In this document: positions 1 to 9,683 of the stretch, piece after piece
Numbering within the stretch: the first letter of the stretch is position 1
Layout: every line of letters starts with the position of its first letter
Source: Fidelibacterota bacterium UBA2980
GTDB taxonomy: Bacteria > Fidelibacterota > Marinisomatia > Marinisomatales > Marinisomataceae
Reading direction: 5' to 3'
Length of the DNA: 36,375 nucleotides
Assembly: GCA_002348725.1 (NCBI GenBank)
Contig: DEAO01000010.1
Location: 12,061-48,435 of the forward strand
The notes under the pieces: model-generated
The model's input: only the letters and a program-made list of their open reading frames with translations
The model's database searches: none
Told to the model about the DNA's origin: nothing
Translations under genes and position numbers: made by a program

Positions 1-756
1 CTTGATCCTTCAAAGTCTACCATTTGGATTCAATCTCATGTATCAGAAGTCACTGAATTAGCTTGGATATTATCTAATTTTACTGGCGTAGGCATGATGG
101 AACGATCTACATCATATAAAGATAAAATTAGTAAAGGGTTAAAACCAAATATGGGACTATTTTCCTATCCAATTCTAATGGCATCCGATATATTATTGTT
201 TCATTCTGATATTGTTCCAGTAGGGAAAGATCAAAAGCAGCATTTAGAAATGACCAGAGATATCGCAATCAAGTTTAATAATGCTTTTGGCGATGTTTTA
301 ACTGTTCCAGAAATTGATATTGAAGAAAATACTAACATAGTTACTGGAATTGATGATCAAAAAATGAGTAAATCTTATAATAATGCCATTCCAATTTTTG
401 GTGATGAAAAATATGTGAAAGATCAAATAATGAATATTGTTACAGATTCTGCAGGATTAGACGAACCAAAGGATATTAATACTCCATTGTTTAAAATTTA
501 TTCATTGTTCTTAGATAAAAATGAAGTTAAAGAACTGGAAGAAAGATATAATACACCTGGATTAAAATACATGGATGTTAAAAATGAACTGTTCAAGTGT
601 ATTATGGAATATTTTTCTGATCAACGATCTAGAAGAGATGAATATCTCAATAATCCAGATAATGTTTATGATTTAATGAAATTAGGTCAAGAAAAAGCAA
701 AGAGCGTAGCTGCACAAACCATAGAAGATGTAAAAAAATCGATTGGAATGCTTTAG
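1..756 (+). CDS. trpS: Tryptophanyl-tRNA synthetase, C-terminal part (5' end lies outside the window)
   Basis: Frame 1 is open from nt 1 with no stop before the listed ATG at 94. The KMSKS loop is present (DDQKMSKSYNN). Overall similarity is to the class I TrpRS C-terminal half. Confidence 0.9.
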   Translation, partial: LDPSKSTIWIQSHVSEVTELAWILSNFTGVGMMERSTSYKDKISKGLKPNMGLFSYPILMASDILLFHSDIVPVGKDQKQHLEMTRDIAIKFNNAFGDVLTVPEIDIEENTNIVTGIDDQKMSKSYNNAIPIFGDEKYVKDQIMNIVTDSAGLDEPKDINTPLFKIYSLFLDKNEVKELEERYNTPGLKYMDVKNELFKCIMEYFSDQRSRRDEYLNNPDNVYDLMKLGQEKAKSVAAQTIEDVKKSIGML

Positions 757-1482
757 ATGTTCACCGTAAAGCTTGAAAATTTTGAAGGTCCATTAGATTT
801 ACTGCTTTATTTTATTAAAAGAGACAAAATAGATATTTATGATATTCCAATATCAAAAATTACCAAAGAATATATTGATACTATAAATCGTACGAAGAAA
901 CTTAATGTTGCAATTGCAGGAGAATTTATTTTGATGGCATCTATGTTAACTCGTCTTAAAACAAGAATGCTTCTTCCTAGAAAAGAAGACGAAGAAGGCC
1001 TTGAAATTGATGATCCACGCAGTGTTTTAGTTGATCAATTAGTGCAGTATAAAACATTCAAAAATATTGCAAACCAATTACGAACAATACAGAATAATAA
1101 TAAAGATATTTTTTATCGTCCTAATGATATTAATCTATCAGATATAGAACATAGTCCTACAGAATTTTTGAGAGAAGTATCTTTATTTGATATATCTAAA
1201 ATATTCAAAGAAGCGCTTTCGAATGCTCCAATTGATGATTCTTTCTATTTAGAAAGACAAACTATATCTCTTACAGATCAAAGACAGTTTATAATTTCTA
1301 ATTTTGACAAAAAAGGCATTCTTTTATTAAATAAGCTGGTAAAGAAATTGAATAATAAGTTAGAAATTATTGTAACATTTCTAGCTTTATTAGAAATGAT
1401 TAAAACTGGCGAAATAATTTGTAAACAAAACGATATCTTTGGACAGATTGAAATAAAATTAAATATAACTGCTAAGGCTTGA
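757..1482 (+). CDS. scpA: Segregation and condensation protein A (SMC kleisin)
   Basis: The N-terminus, KLENFEGPLDLLLYFIKRDKIDIYDIPIS, is the typical ScpA signature. The ATG directly abuts the trpS stop. Confidence 0.85.
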   Translation: MFTVKLENFEGPLDLLLYFIKRDKIDIYDIPISKITKEYIDTINRTKKLNVAIAGEFILMASMLTRLKTRMLLPRKEDEEGLEIDDPRSVLVDQLVQYKTFKNIANQLRTIQNNNKDIFYRPNDINLSDIEHSPTEFLREVSLFDISKIFKEALSNAPIDDSFYLERQTISLTDQRQFIISNFDKKGILLLNKLVKKLNNKLEIIVTFLALLEMIKTGEIICKQNDIFGQIEIKLNITAKA

Positions 1483-2027
1483 TGAATAACGAATTAATTA
1501 TTGAATCATTGTTGTTTGTTTTATCGCAACCATTAAAACAATCAGATTTGAAAAAAATATTTGATAATGGAGATACACCATCTTTAGAAGATATTGTAGA
1601 AAATCTGAATAAAAAATATGCCAATCATTCCTTTGAGATTAAAAATGTAGGCGGTGGATATATCCTTGTAACAAAAAAAGAATTTGAACCATTTATCGCT
1701 AAAATTTTACCAGGCAAGAAATTGATGTTATCAAATGCAAGTTTAGAAGTATTAGCAATTATTGCTTATAAACAGCCAATTAATAGAATCGATATTGAAT
1801 CTATCAGAGGAGTTGATTGCAAAGGCGTTATAAAAAATTTATTAACTAAAAAATTAATTAAAATTAAAGGAAGAGACGATAGCCCTGGAAAAGCTTTGCT
1901 TTATTGCACTACAGAAGAATATCTCAAACACTTCGGCTTAAAAGATTTATCTGATATGCCTAAACATAATGAAATATCTGAAATAGTTAATTCTGGTGAG
2001 GATAAAATAAATAGTGAAGCTATTTAA
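1482..2027 (+). CDS. scpB: Segregation and condensation protein B
   Basis: The ATG at 1482 shares one nt with the scpA TGA (TGATG). ScpB winged-helix motifs are present (LEVLAIIAYKQPINRIDIESIRGVDC). The track start at 1479 is a TTG one codon upstream. Confidence 0.85.
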   Translation: MNNELIIESLLFVLSQPLKQSDLKKIFDNGDTPSLEDIVENLNKKYANHSFEIKNVGGGYILVTKKEFEPFIAKILPGKKLMLSNASLEVLAIIAYKQPINRIDIESIRGVDCKGVIKNLLTKKLIKIKGRDDSPGKALLYCTTEEYLKHFGLKDLSDMPKHNEISEIVNSGEDKINSEAI

Positions 2028-2727
2028 ATTCGTTGCTGCTTCTGGAGTTCTTTCTAGAAGAAAATCTCAAGAATCTATTCAATCAGCACTTATAACAGTA
2101 AATGATGTTGTGATATTAGATCCTTTCATAGAAATTGATCCCAAAAAAGATATAGTAAGATTTGATGAACAAATAATAAAATTTAATGAGGAATTTTCTA
2201 CAATCATTCTTAATAAGCCAAAAGGTTTTGTCTGTTCAAAAAATGATGAATTAAATAGAAAAACAGTTTTTGATTTAATTCCTAAGAAACCTCCTCTTAA
2301 TTATGTTGGGAGATTAGATAAAAATACTACTGGTATAATTTTATTCACTAATGATGGAAAATTATCTGATTTTTTAACACATCCAAGAAACAAAATTTCT
2401 AAAGAATATATTGCTGAAACTGCTACAAGAATTAAAGATTCAGATGTTAAAAAAATTGAAAAAGGCATCTTTATTGGCTCAGGAGATAGAGGTAGAGCAA
2501 AAATTTTATCTCAGAAGAAGGTAAAAAATACATTTTTTATTAATATGATTCTTAGACAGGGGAAAAAGAATGAAATAAGACGCATTTTTAAATTTTCAAA
2601 TATAAAATTGATATCACTTAAAAGAATAAAATTTGGTGAAATTACTCTAGGAAATTTAAATGAAGGTTCTTGGAGAGAATTGTCAAAAAAAGATAAGAAA
2701 TATTTAGAAAAATTCAGTCGAAAATAA
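2014..2727 (+). CDS. rluB: 23S rRNA pseudouridine synthase, RsuA/RluB family
   Basis: GTG start. There is an S4-like N-terminus (ASGVLSRRKSQESI) and the catalytic motif VGRLDKNTTGIILFTNDG. Confidence 0.8.
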   Translation: MKLFKFVAASGVLSRRKSQESIQSALITVNDVVILDPFIEIDPKKDIVRFDEQIIKFNEEFSTIILNKPKGFVCSKNDELNRKTVFDLIPKKPPLNYVGRLDKNTTGIILFTNDGKLSDFLTHPRNKISKEYIAETATRIKDSDVKKIEKGIFIGSGDRGRAKILSQKKVKNTFFINMILRQGKKNEIRRIFKFSNIKLISLKRIKFGEITLGNLNEGSWRELSKKDKKYLEKFSRK

Positions 2728-2784
2728 CAAGATTTAAAAATGTTGGCATTTATTTAAAGTAAGACTAACTTTCTGAGCAATTTT

Positions 2785-3444
2785 ATGGTTATAACAATTG
2801 ATGGACCTGCAGGAGTTGGCAAGACAACAACTGCTAAAAAACTAGCAAAGAAGCTAGAATTTAGATATTTGGATACTGGTGCGATGTATCGAGCAATAAC
2901 TTATTTTTTTATTAAAAATAATGTCGATATTAATTCAGAAGAAATGGTAGCCAATTTTCTAGATTTATTAGAGCTAGAAGTTGATTTTCCAATTGATAAC
3001 CAAACAAAAATTGTATTAGGTAATAAAAATATCAGCGATGATATTAGAAAGAAAGAAGTTACTGACAATGTAAGTAAAGTTAGTGCTTTAGAAAAAGTAA
3101 GAGAGAAAACAGTTAGATTGCAGAAAAAAATTGTTAATAATAATGACTTTGTTGTTGAAGGCAGAGATATTGGGACTGTTGTATTCCCAAATGCTGAATA
3201 TAAATTTTTTTTAACAGCAGACTATGATGTAAGAGCCAAGAGACGTTCAAAGGATTTTAGTAAAGTTGATGAAAATCTTCAAATAGATGATATTAAGAAA
3301 GATTTGATAGAACGAGATGAAATAGATAGCAATAGAACTCTTTCTCCTCTTAAGAGAGCAGAAGATGCAATAGTGATTGATACATCAAATTGCACTATTG
3401 ATGAACAAGTTGATAAAATATATAACTATATTAAGAAAGTATAA
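2785..3444 (+). CDS. cmk: Cytidylate kinase
   Basis: P-loop ITIDGPAGVGKTT, plus YLDTGAMYRA and EGRDIGTVVFP motifs. The position upstream of rpsA is typical. Confidence 0.9.
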   Translation: MVITIDGPAGVGKTTTAKKLAKKLEFRYLDTGAMYRAITYFFIKNNVDINSEEMVANFLDLLELEVDFPIDNQTKIVLGNKNISDDIRKKEVTDNVSKVSALEKVREKTVRLQKKIVNNNDFVVEGRDIGTVVFPNAEYKFFLTADYDVRAKRRSKDFSKVDENLQIDDIKKDLIERDEIDSNRTLSPLKRAEDAIVIDTSNCTIDEQVDKIYNYIKKV

Positions 3445-3449
3445 AAAAT

Positions 3450-5219
3450 ATGAATGAAAAATTATTAGATCAGAATGTAGAAGAAACAACCACAGAAGAG
3501 GTTGTTTTAGATGCCAGTGATAGTTCAATAGAAGAACAACAGCCAACAGAAGAACAAAAAGATATTTCTAGTAAAACAATTAAAGATTATTTAAGCAAAG
3601 ATTTATTTAAAGATATTAAAGTTGTCTCTCAGGATGAAGATATTGAAGAATCGGCAAGTTCTGATTCGTCAGTTCTTTCTGAATATGATAATACTTTCAA
3701 AGATATTTCAGAAAACCAGATTATATCTGCAAAAGTAATTGGAATTAGCGATTCAGATGTTATGGTTGACATTGGGTTTAAATCTGAAGGACTTATTAAT
3801 AGGTCAGAATTTGATAATAAAGACTTACCAGAGATTGGTTCAAACATTGATATTTTCCTTGAGAAATTTGAAGATACAGATGGAAATATTACTCTTTCTA
3901 AATACAAAGCTGATTTCATAAAAAGATGGGATGAGCTAAAAGGTTTTTGTGATTCAAGTGAACCAGTTAAAGGTAAAATTATTAAAAGAGTTAAAGGTGG
4001 TATGGTAGTAGATCTTGGTGTGATTCAAGCATTTTTGCCTGGCTCTCAAGTGGATGTGCAACCAGTAAAGAATTTTGATGAATATTTAAACCAAGAATTT
4101 GATTTTCAAATTGTCAAAGTTGATGATATGAGAAAGAATCTTGTTGTTTCAAGAAAAGCTATACTCCAGGAATCTTTAAATGAAAAAAGAGAAGAAATTA
4201 TGAGTCAGATTAAAGTTGATGGAAAAGTCTCTGGTATAGTGAAAAATATTACTGATTTTGGCGCATTTATTGATTTAGGCGGGATTGATGGCTTGATACA
4301 TATTACAGATTTTTCTTGGGGAAGAATTAATCATCCATCAGAAGTCGTTTCAATTGGTGATAAAGTTGAAGTTAAGGTTATTGAATATAATAAAGAAACT
4401 TCAAGAATATCTCTTGGCATGAAACAGCTAGTAGATAATCCTTGGAAGAAAATTTCTGAAAAATATAATGTTGGCGATACTATTTCTGGAAAAGTTGTAA
4501 GTATTATGAATTATGGTATTTTCGTCGAAATTGAAAAAGGTATAGAAGGTTTGATTCATGTATCAGAAATTTCATGGAAGAAAAATTTTGAGAATTTAGA
4601 AAACACTTACAATGTAGGGGATAGTATAGAATCTAAGATTTTATCTATTGATATAGAAGATCAAAAAATTAGCTTAGGAATTAAACAATTAACCGAAGAT
4701 CCTTGGGAAAAAGTTGCAACTAAGTTTTCATTAGATGATAAAGTTAGCGGCACTGTATCGAATATTACAAAATTTGGTGCTTATATAAACTTAGGAGATG
4801 ACATTGAAGGGTTTATAAGAAATATTGATTTACATTGGACAAAAAATGTTGTCCATGCTAAACAGTTACTTAATAAAGATGAAAATGTAGAAGCAGTTGT
4901 TTTAGAAATTGTGGACAAAGACAGAAAAATATTTTTAGGAATAAAACAGCTTAGCGAAAATCCTTGGCCTGGTATCAAAAATCAATATGAATCTGGACAA
5001 AAAATTCAAGGAATTTTTAATAATCTGAATGATTCTGGGATGGTAATTGATCTTGATGATGTCGAAGGTTTTATTCCAATAGATAATATTTCAAAGAAGT
5101 TAAAGAAAAATTATCTGTCATCAATTAAGCAGGGGGATTCTGTTGATCTTTTAGTTGTGGAAGTAAATGAGAAAGAGAAGAGAATTGTTCTAATGCTTGA
5201 TCAACCTGATGAAGACTAA
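3450..5219 (+). CDS. rpsA: 30S ribosomal protein S1, six S1 repeats, with an acidic N-terminal extension
   Basis: Repeated S1 OB-fold modules are visible (G.V....FGAFIDLGGIDGLIH.S, ..YGIFVEIEKGIEGLIHVSE, ..FGAYINLGDDIEGFI). The 589-aa length fits. Confidence 0.9.
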   Translation: MNEKLLDQNVEETTTEEVVLDASDSSIEEQQPTEEQKDISSKTIKDYLSKDLFKDIKVVSQDEDIEESASSDSSVLSEYDNTFKDISENQIISAKVIGISDSDVMVDIGFKSEGLINRSEFDNKDLPEIGSNIDIFLEKFEDTDGNITLSKYKADFIKRWDELKGFCDSSEPVKGKIIKRVKGGMVVDLGVIQAFLPGSQVDVQPVKNFDEYLNQEFDFQIVKVDDMRKNLVVSRKAILQESLNEKREEIMSQIKVDGKVSGIVKNITDFGAFIDLGGIDGLIHITDFSWGRINHPSEVVSIGDKVEVKVIEYNKETSRISLGMKQLVDNPWKKISEKYNVGDTISGKVVSIMNYGIFVEIEKGIEGLIHVSEISWKKNFENLENTYNVGDSIESKILSIDIEDQKISLGIKQLTEDPWEKVATKFSLDDKVSGTVSNITKFGAYINLGDDIEGFIRNIDLHWTKNVVHAKQLLNKDENVEAVVLEIVDKDRKIFLGIKQLSENPWPGIKNQYESGQKIQGIFNNLNDSGMVIDLDDVEGFIPIDNISKKLKKNYLSSIKQGDSVDLLVVEVNEKEKRIVLMLDQPDED

Positions 5220-6210
5220 TATAACCAGCAAAATCAATAATATTAAAATTCCTCAATCAAGAAGAATATTTTATTCATTTCTTATAGCATTTATTTTCTG
5301 GTTTTTTATTAAGAGTGAAGATAGTTATCTCGTTACCCAAAAAATCCCTCTAGTGGCTAGAAATCTTCAAGAACAAAAAACATATAAAGAAGAAGTTCCA
5401 GATTATATTTTTGTAACAATGAAAGGATCTGGACGGTCATTTATATGGCTTACATTTTTTGAAAAATTTTATGATGATTACAAAGCAATTCTTGATTTGA
5501 GCAGTATTGCTGATGAATATAATTTTGACTTAAATAATTACTATAGAGATAATCCTACAAAAATAGTTTTACCAACATCTCTAGATTTAGAATTTATAGA
5601 GGTAGTTTCACCTAGAAATATTGTGATAAACTTGGACCAATATTTAGTGAAGAAAGTGCCAATTAAATCACAGTTTCTTGTTTCAACAGAGGCAGGGTAC
5701 GTACAAGTTGGAAACCCATTGTTTTCACCGGATTCTATTAGTATTGGAGGACCGCAAGAAGTTGTAAAAAATATTGAGTTTGTGAATACTAAAAATGACA
5801 CTTTTTTTAAATTAAATGCATCTGTAAAAAATGAATTTCCAATTATTAATCCAAACAAATTAGTTGATTTTGATCCAAAAAAAGTTGAAGGATATATTAA
5901 TATTCAGCCAATTAGTGAAACAATTGTAACATCTATCCCTGTCAATTTAATTAATAAGCCTAAAGATGTTGAAGTTTTTGTTAATCCATCTACGGTATCA
6001 CTAACTATTATTGGAGGACTTGACCAGGTTGCAAATACTCTTCCTGAAGATATTTTAGTTACAATTGATTTCAGTGAATGGAGTCCTAAAAAACAGTTTT
6101 ATTCGCCTAAGATAGATATACCTAATAATCTTTTTAAGTGGGAAAATCTATCTCCAAATAATTTAGAAATTCTTGTTGTTGATAGAGAAGAACCAATAAA
6201 AGACAATTGA
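5209..6210 (+). CDS. YbbR-like repeat protein, membrane-anchored (CdaR-like architecture)
   Basis: An N-terminal TM segment (FYSFLIAFIFWFFI) is followed by repeated beta-rich modules of the type P..V.V.G....V..I..V.T. The ATG at 5209 is preferred over the TTG at 5197 given in the track. The family call is from repeat architecture only. Confidence 0.5.
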   Translation: MKTNITSKINNIKIPQSRRIFYSFLIAFIFWFFIKSEDSYLVTQKIPLVARNLQEQKTYKEEVPDYIFVTMKGSGRSFIWLTFFEKFYDDYKAILDLSSIADEYNFDLNNYYRDNPTKIVLPTSLDLEFIEVVSPRNIVINLDQYLVKKVPIKSQFLVSTEAGYVQVGNPLFSPDSISIGGPQEVVKNIEFVNTKNDTFFKLNASVKNEFPIINPNKLVDFDPKKVEGYINIQPISETIVTSIPVNLINKPKDVEVFVNPSTVSLTIIGGLDQVANTLPEDILVTIDFSEWSPKKQFYSPKIDIPNNLFKWENLSPNNLEILVVDREEPIKDN

Positions 6211-7184
6211 TTATTCTTGGAATAGAGACATCTTGTGATGAAACTGGTGTAGCAATTTGTGAGGATTATAAAATCCTTTCTAGCCATAATAAAACACAAC
6301 ATATACATAAAGAATACGGCGGAGTTGTACCTGAAATAGCATCAAGAGAACATGAAAAATTTCTACCTATAATTTTAAAAAAAGTTTTTGATGAATCAGG
6401 TTTGAATTATTCTGATTTAGATGCAATTGCTGTTACAAATGGTCCAGGCTTGATGGGCTCTCTTTTATCTGGCGTATCTTTTGCTAAAGGTATTTCTCAA
6501 GGTTTAAATATACCAATAATTCCAGTTAATCATCTTGAAGCACATCTAAATTCTGTTTTTATTGAATTCCCTAATCTCCAACCTCCTTTTATTAATCTTT
6601 TAGTTTCTGGAGGACATACACAACTCTGGATGGTAAAATCTAACTTTGAATATGAATTATTAGGTGAAACTTTAGATGATGCATGCGGTGAAGCATTTGA
6701 TAAAGGAGCTAAGACACTAGGATTAAATTATCCTGGAGGACCAGAAATAGAAAAAGTTTCTAAGGCAGGGAATAAAGATTTAATTCAATTCCCTCGTCCT
6801 ATGATAAATGATAAGAGTTATAATTTTAGTTTTAGTGGCTTAAAAACTTCCTTGATTAATTATATTAAAAATAACAGAGAATATGATTTGTCAGATGTTG
6901 CAGCAAGCTATCAAGAGGCTATTGTCGACACATTAGCTTTTAAATTAGATTATGCAATGAAAAATTTTAAAATTAATACAGGTATTATTTGTGGAGGAGT
7001 TGCAGCAAACAGCCGACTAAGAGACAAGTTAAATGAATTGAATAAAGAAATTCTTTTTCCTTCATTAAAATATTGTACTGACAATGCTGATATGATTGCT
7101 TTTTTAGCAATGAAGAAAGCTGAAAATAAAGATATTAAAAAGAGTATGGATTTTTCTGCTTATTCTAGAGGTATAACACTATAA
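6207..7184 (+). CDS. tsaD: tRNA N6-adenosine threonylcarbamoyltransferase (Kae1/TsaD)
   Basis: TTG start overlapping the upstream TGA. Motifs: ILGIETSCDETGVAI, NHLEAHL, SGGHT, and GG.AAN..LR near the C-terminus. Confidence 0.9.
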   Translation: MIILGIETSCDETGVAICEDYKILSSHNKTQHIHKEYGGVVPEIASREHEKFLPIILKKVFDESGLNYSDLDAIAVTNGPGLMGSLLSGVSFAKGISQGLNIPIIPVNHLEAHLNSVFIEFPNLQPPFINLLVSGGHTQLWMVKSNFEYELLGETLDDACGEAFDKGAKTLGLNYPGGPEIEKVSKAGNKDLIQFPRPMINDKSYNFSFSGLKTSLINYIKNNREYDLSDVAASYQEAIVDTLAFKLDYAMKNFKINTGIICGGVAANSRLRDKLNELNKEILFPSLKYCTDNADMIAFLAMKKAENKDIKKSMDFSAYSRGITL

Positions 7185-7190
7185 GGTTTT

Positions 7191-8414
7191 ATGATCCGCA
7201 ATAATTACTTACTTATTTTTTTTGGAATTATAATTTGCATTAGTTTTTTTATTAAAAATTTTAATAAAGAAGAATCTCAGGAAGTTGATTTAAGTAATAA
7301 TGAATTTATAGAACAAGATTTCACAAATGATTTTATTGCAGATGTAGCAATAAAGAATATTATTGTTTATCCAAATTGGGATAATAAAAATTCTTTATAT
7401 GTTGATATTGATATAGAAAATATTAACGGAGATGAAAAAGTGCAAATTAGTCTTTCTAATGGCAATAAATTGATTGGGTCAGATCAAATTTTGTTGCAAC
7501 CTGAAGAAACGAAATATTCTCAATCATTTTTATTAGAGGAAAGCGTTGATTTTGATTCAAAATTTTATGTTAAAATTTCTAGCTTAAAATTTGAAGAAGA
7601 TATTGAAAATAATAGATATAGTTTTAATGTCAATTTAGAAGAAGACAATTTAAAGGTGGCATTAATAACCGGAAATTTAAATTTCAATTCAATGGCTATT
7701 ATCAAATATCTTCCAGAAAAATTTGACCACTTTTTAATTGATCCAAATACTGGTATTCATGATTTTAAAGACTTTTGGTTTACAAATTATGATCTTTTAG
7801 TAATGGATAATTTTCCAAACTACATAATATCTGATAGATGGCTAGAATTATTTGCTAGAAAAATTTATTCTCAAAATACAAGTTTGATTCTATTCATTGG
7901 AGAAAATCAGAATTTTGAATCTTTGGTTAAAATTAGTCCTCTTTTTGGATTGAAAGTCAAATCTCGAGATGATATTAATAAAATATCAAATAAAGAATTA
8001 TTTGAAAAAAATCAGTTTAAATCTGTTTTAATTAATAATACAAATTTTTATAAAGACTTCTTTAATGGGGATATCGATTATATTACCCAATCTTTCAGAT
8101 GGTTATTAGATAATAGAAAATTAAACTACAATTTTTTCCTTGGGAGCGAACATTACCAAATTAATGACAAAATTTTCATTTATGGTTTTTCTAATCGTAT
8201 TGATTCAGACAAAAAACTATTTACTGCAAATGTCTTTATTAATGATAAATATGTATATGAAAAGAAATTATATTTGAATCCAATATCAAATTATTATTTT
8301 ACACAAATTAATACTAATAGTACGGGAGATTATACTATAGAGATTGTTGATGAAAATGATTTTATAGTTCAAACGATTGCTATTAATATTCCAGAAGAAT
8401 TGAGTAAATTATAA
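7191..8414 (+). CDS. Hypothetical membrane-anchored protein (N-terminal TM, Asn/Asp/Phe-rich ectodomain)
   Basis: A 407-aa ORF fills the whole tsaD-serS interval. The N-terminal hydrophobic anchor is YLLIFFGIIICISFFI. I recognise no catalytic motif. Confidence 0.55.
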   Translation: MIRNNYLLIFFGIIICISFFIKNFNKEESQEVDLSNNEFIEQDFTNDFIADVAIKNIIVYPNWDNKNSLYVDIDIENINGDEKVQISLSNGNKLIGSDQILLQPEETKYSQSFLLEESVDFDSKFYVKISSLKFEEDIENNRYSFNVNLEEDNLKVALITGNLNFNSMAIIKYLPEKFDHFLIDPNTGIHDFKDFWFTNYDLLVMDNFPNYIISDRWLELFARKIYSQNTSLILFIGENQNFESLVKISPLFGLKVKSRDDINKISNKELFEKNQFKSVLINNTNFYKDFFNGDIDYITQSFRWLLDNRKLNYNFFLGSEHYQINDKIFIYGFSNRIDSDKKLFTANVFINDKYVYEKKLYLNPISNYYFTQINTNSTGDYTIEIVDENDFIVQTIAINIPEELSKL

Positions 8415-8417
8415 GAA

Positions 8418-9683
8418 ATGATAGCAATAAAAAAAATTCGTGATAACCAATCTCTTGTTGAAGAAGGAATATCAAAAAAAGGAGAATCTGTTAACTTAAA
8501 TGAGATTATTAAATTTGATTCTGAATTAAGAAATCTAACAAAAAAATTAAATGATCTTCAGTCAGAACAAAATAAAAAATCGAAAGAAATTGGAAGGTTA
8601 AAACCTGAAAATTCGGAAGATAAATCTATTTTTAGTGATCTTAAGAATCTATCTAACGAAGTAAAAGATTTGGAAAGTACTCATCGTATTAAATCTGAAG
8701 AATTTCGAAATATGCTTCTTGAAATTCCAAATATTCCTCATGATTCTGTTCCGATAGGAAAAAATTCTGATCAAAATGTTATTTATAAAGATTGTTCATC
8801 AAAAAAAGAATTTACTTTTGAACCTAAAAGCCATGTTGATATTGTAAAAAGCTTAGATCTAATAGATTTTGAAGCAGGGGCAAAAATCAGCGGTACTGGA
8901 TTTCCTTTATATAAAGGGAATGGAGCTTTGCTTGAGAGAGCATTAATCAATTTTATGATTGATTACAATTTAAAGAATTATAATTATATCGAAATTTTTC
9001 CACCATTTTTAGTCAGACCTGATTCAGGAATTACTACTGGGCAATTGCCAAAGTTCAGTGAAGATATGTATCATATAGAAAAGGATGACTTATATTTAAT
9101 TCCAACTGCTGAAGTTCCTATTACAAATATTCACAAAGATGAAATATTAAATTTAGAGGATTTACCAAAATATTATTTAGCATATTCAGCTTGTTTTAGA
9201 AGAGAAGCAGGTTCTTATGGTAAAGATACAAGAGGATTGTTAAGAGTACATCAGTTTAATAAGGTAGAATTGGTAAAGTTTGTACACCCTAATGATTCCT
9301 ATGCTGAACTTGAAACTTTGACTAATCAAGCATCAAAAATTCTAGATATGCTAGAATTGGATTACAGAATTGTTGAATTGTGTAGTGGAGATTTAAGTTT
9401 TGCAGCTTCAAAGTGTTATGACTTAGAAGTGTGGGCACCTGGGGAAAAGAAATGGTTAGAAGTTTCTTCTTGTAGCAATTTTGAAGCTTTTCAATCCAGA
9501 AGAGGTAATATAAGATTTAGAGATGAAGATAATAAAACTAATTATGTTCATACTTTGAATGGTTCCGGTCTGGCAACACCAAGAGTTTTAGCAGCACTAA
9601 TTGAAACACATCAACAAGAAGATGGATCAATTAGTATTCCATCATCTTTGCAGCCTTATACTGGGTTAGCGGAGATTAAATAG
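8418..9683 (+). CDS. serS: Seryl-tRNA synthetase
   Basis: There is an N-terminal coiled-coil arm. Class II motif 2 is FRREAGSYGKDTRGLLRVHQF and motif 3 is GSGLATPRVLAALIE. Confidence 0.95.
   Translation: MIAIKKIRDNQSLVEEGISKKGESVNLNEIIKFDSELRNLTKKLNDLQSEQNKKSKEIGRLKPENSEDKSIFSDLKNLSNEVKDLESTHRIKSEEFRNMLLEIPNIPHDSVPIGKNSDQNVIYKDCSSKKEFTFEPKSHVDIVKSLDLIDFEAGAKISGTGFPLYKGNGALLERALINFMIDYNLKNYNYIEIFPPFLVRPDSGITTGQLPKFSEDMYHIEKDDLYLIPTAEVPITNIHKDEILNLEDLPKYYLAYSACFRREAGSYGKDTRGLLRVHQFNKVELVKFVHPNDSYAELETLTNQASKILDMLELDYRIVELCSGDLSFAASKCYDLEVWAPGEKKWLEVSSCSNFEAFQSRRGNIRFRDEDNKTNYVHTLNGSGLATPRVLAALIETHQQEDGSISIPSSLQPYTGLAEIK

Noticed and set aside
3629-3921. Short ORFs inside rpsA (3629..3919 on the - strand, 3739..3921 on the +) and inside other conserved genes (4781..4978, 17126..17392, 17397..17627, 17805..18020, 21125..21343, 21649..21837, 26749..27012, 27241..27429, 27920..28156, 31444..31704, 32760..33014, 34144..34344, 34561..34749, 6099..6308)
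   Set aside because: They are off-frame or antisense ORFs of 60-105 aa embedded in well-supported genes, with no independent signal.
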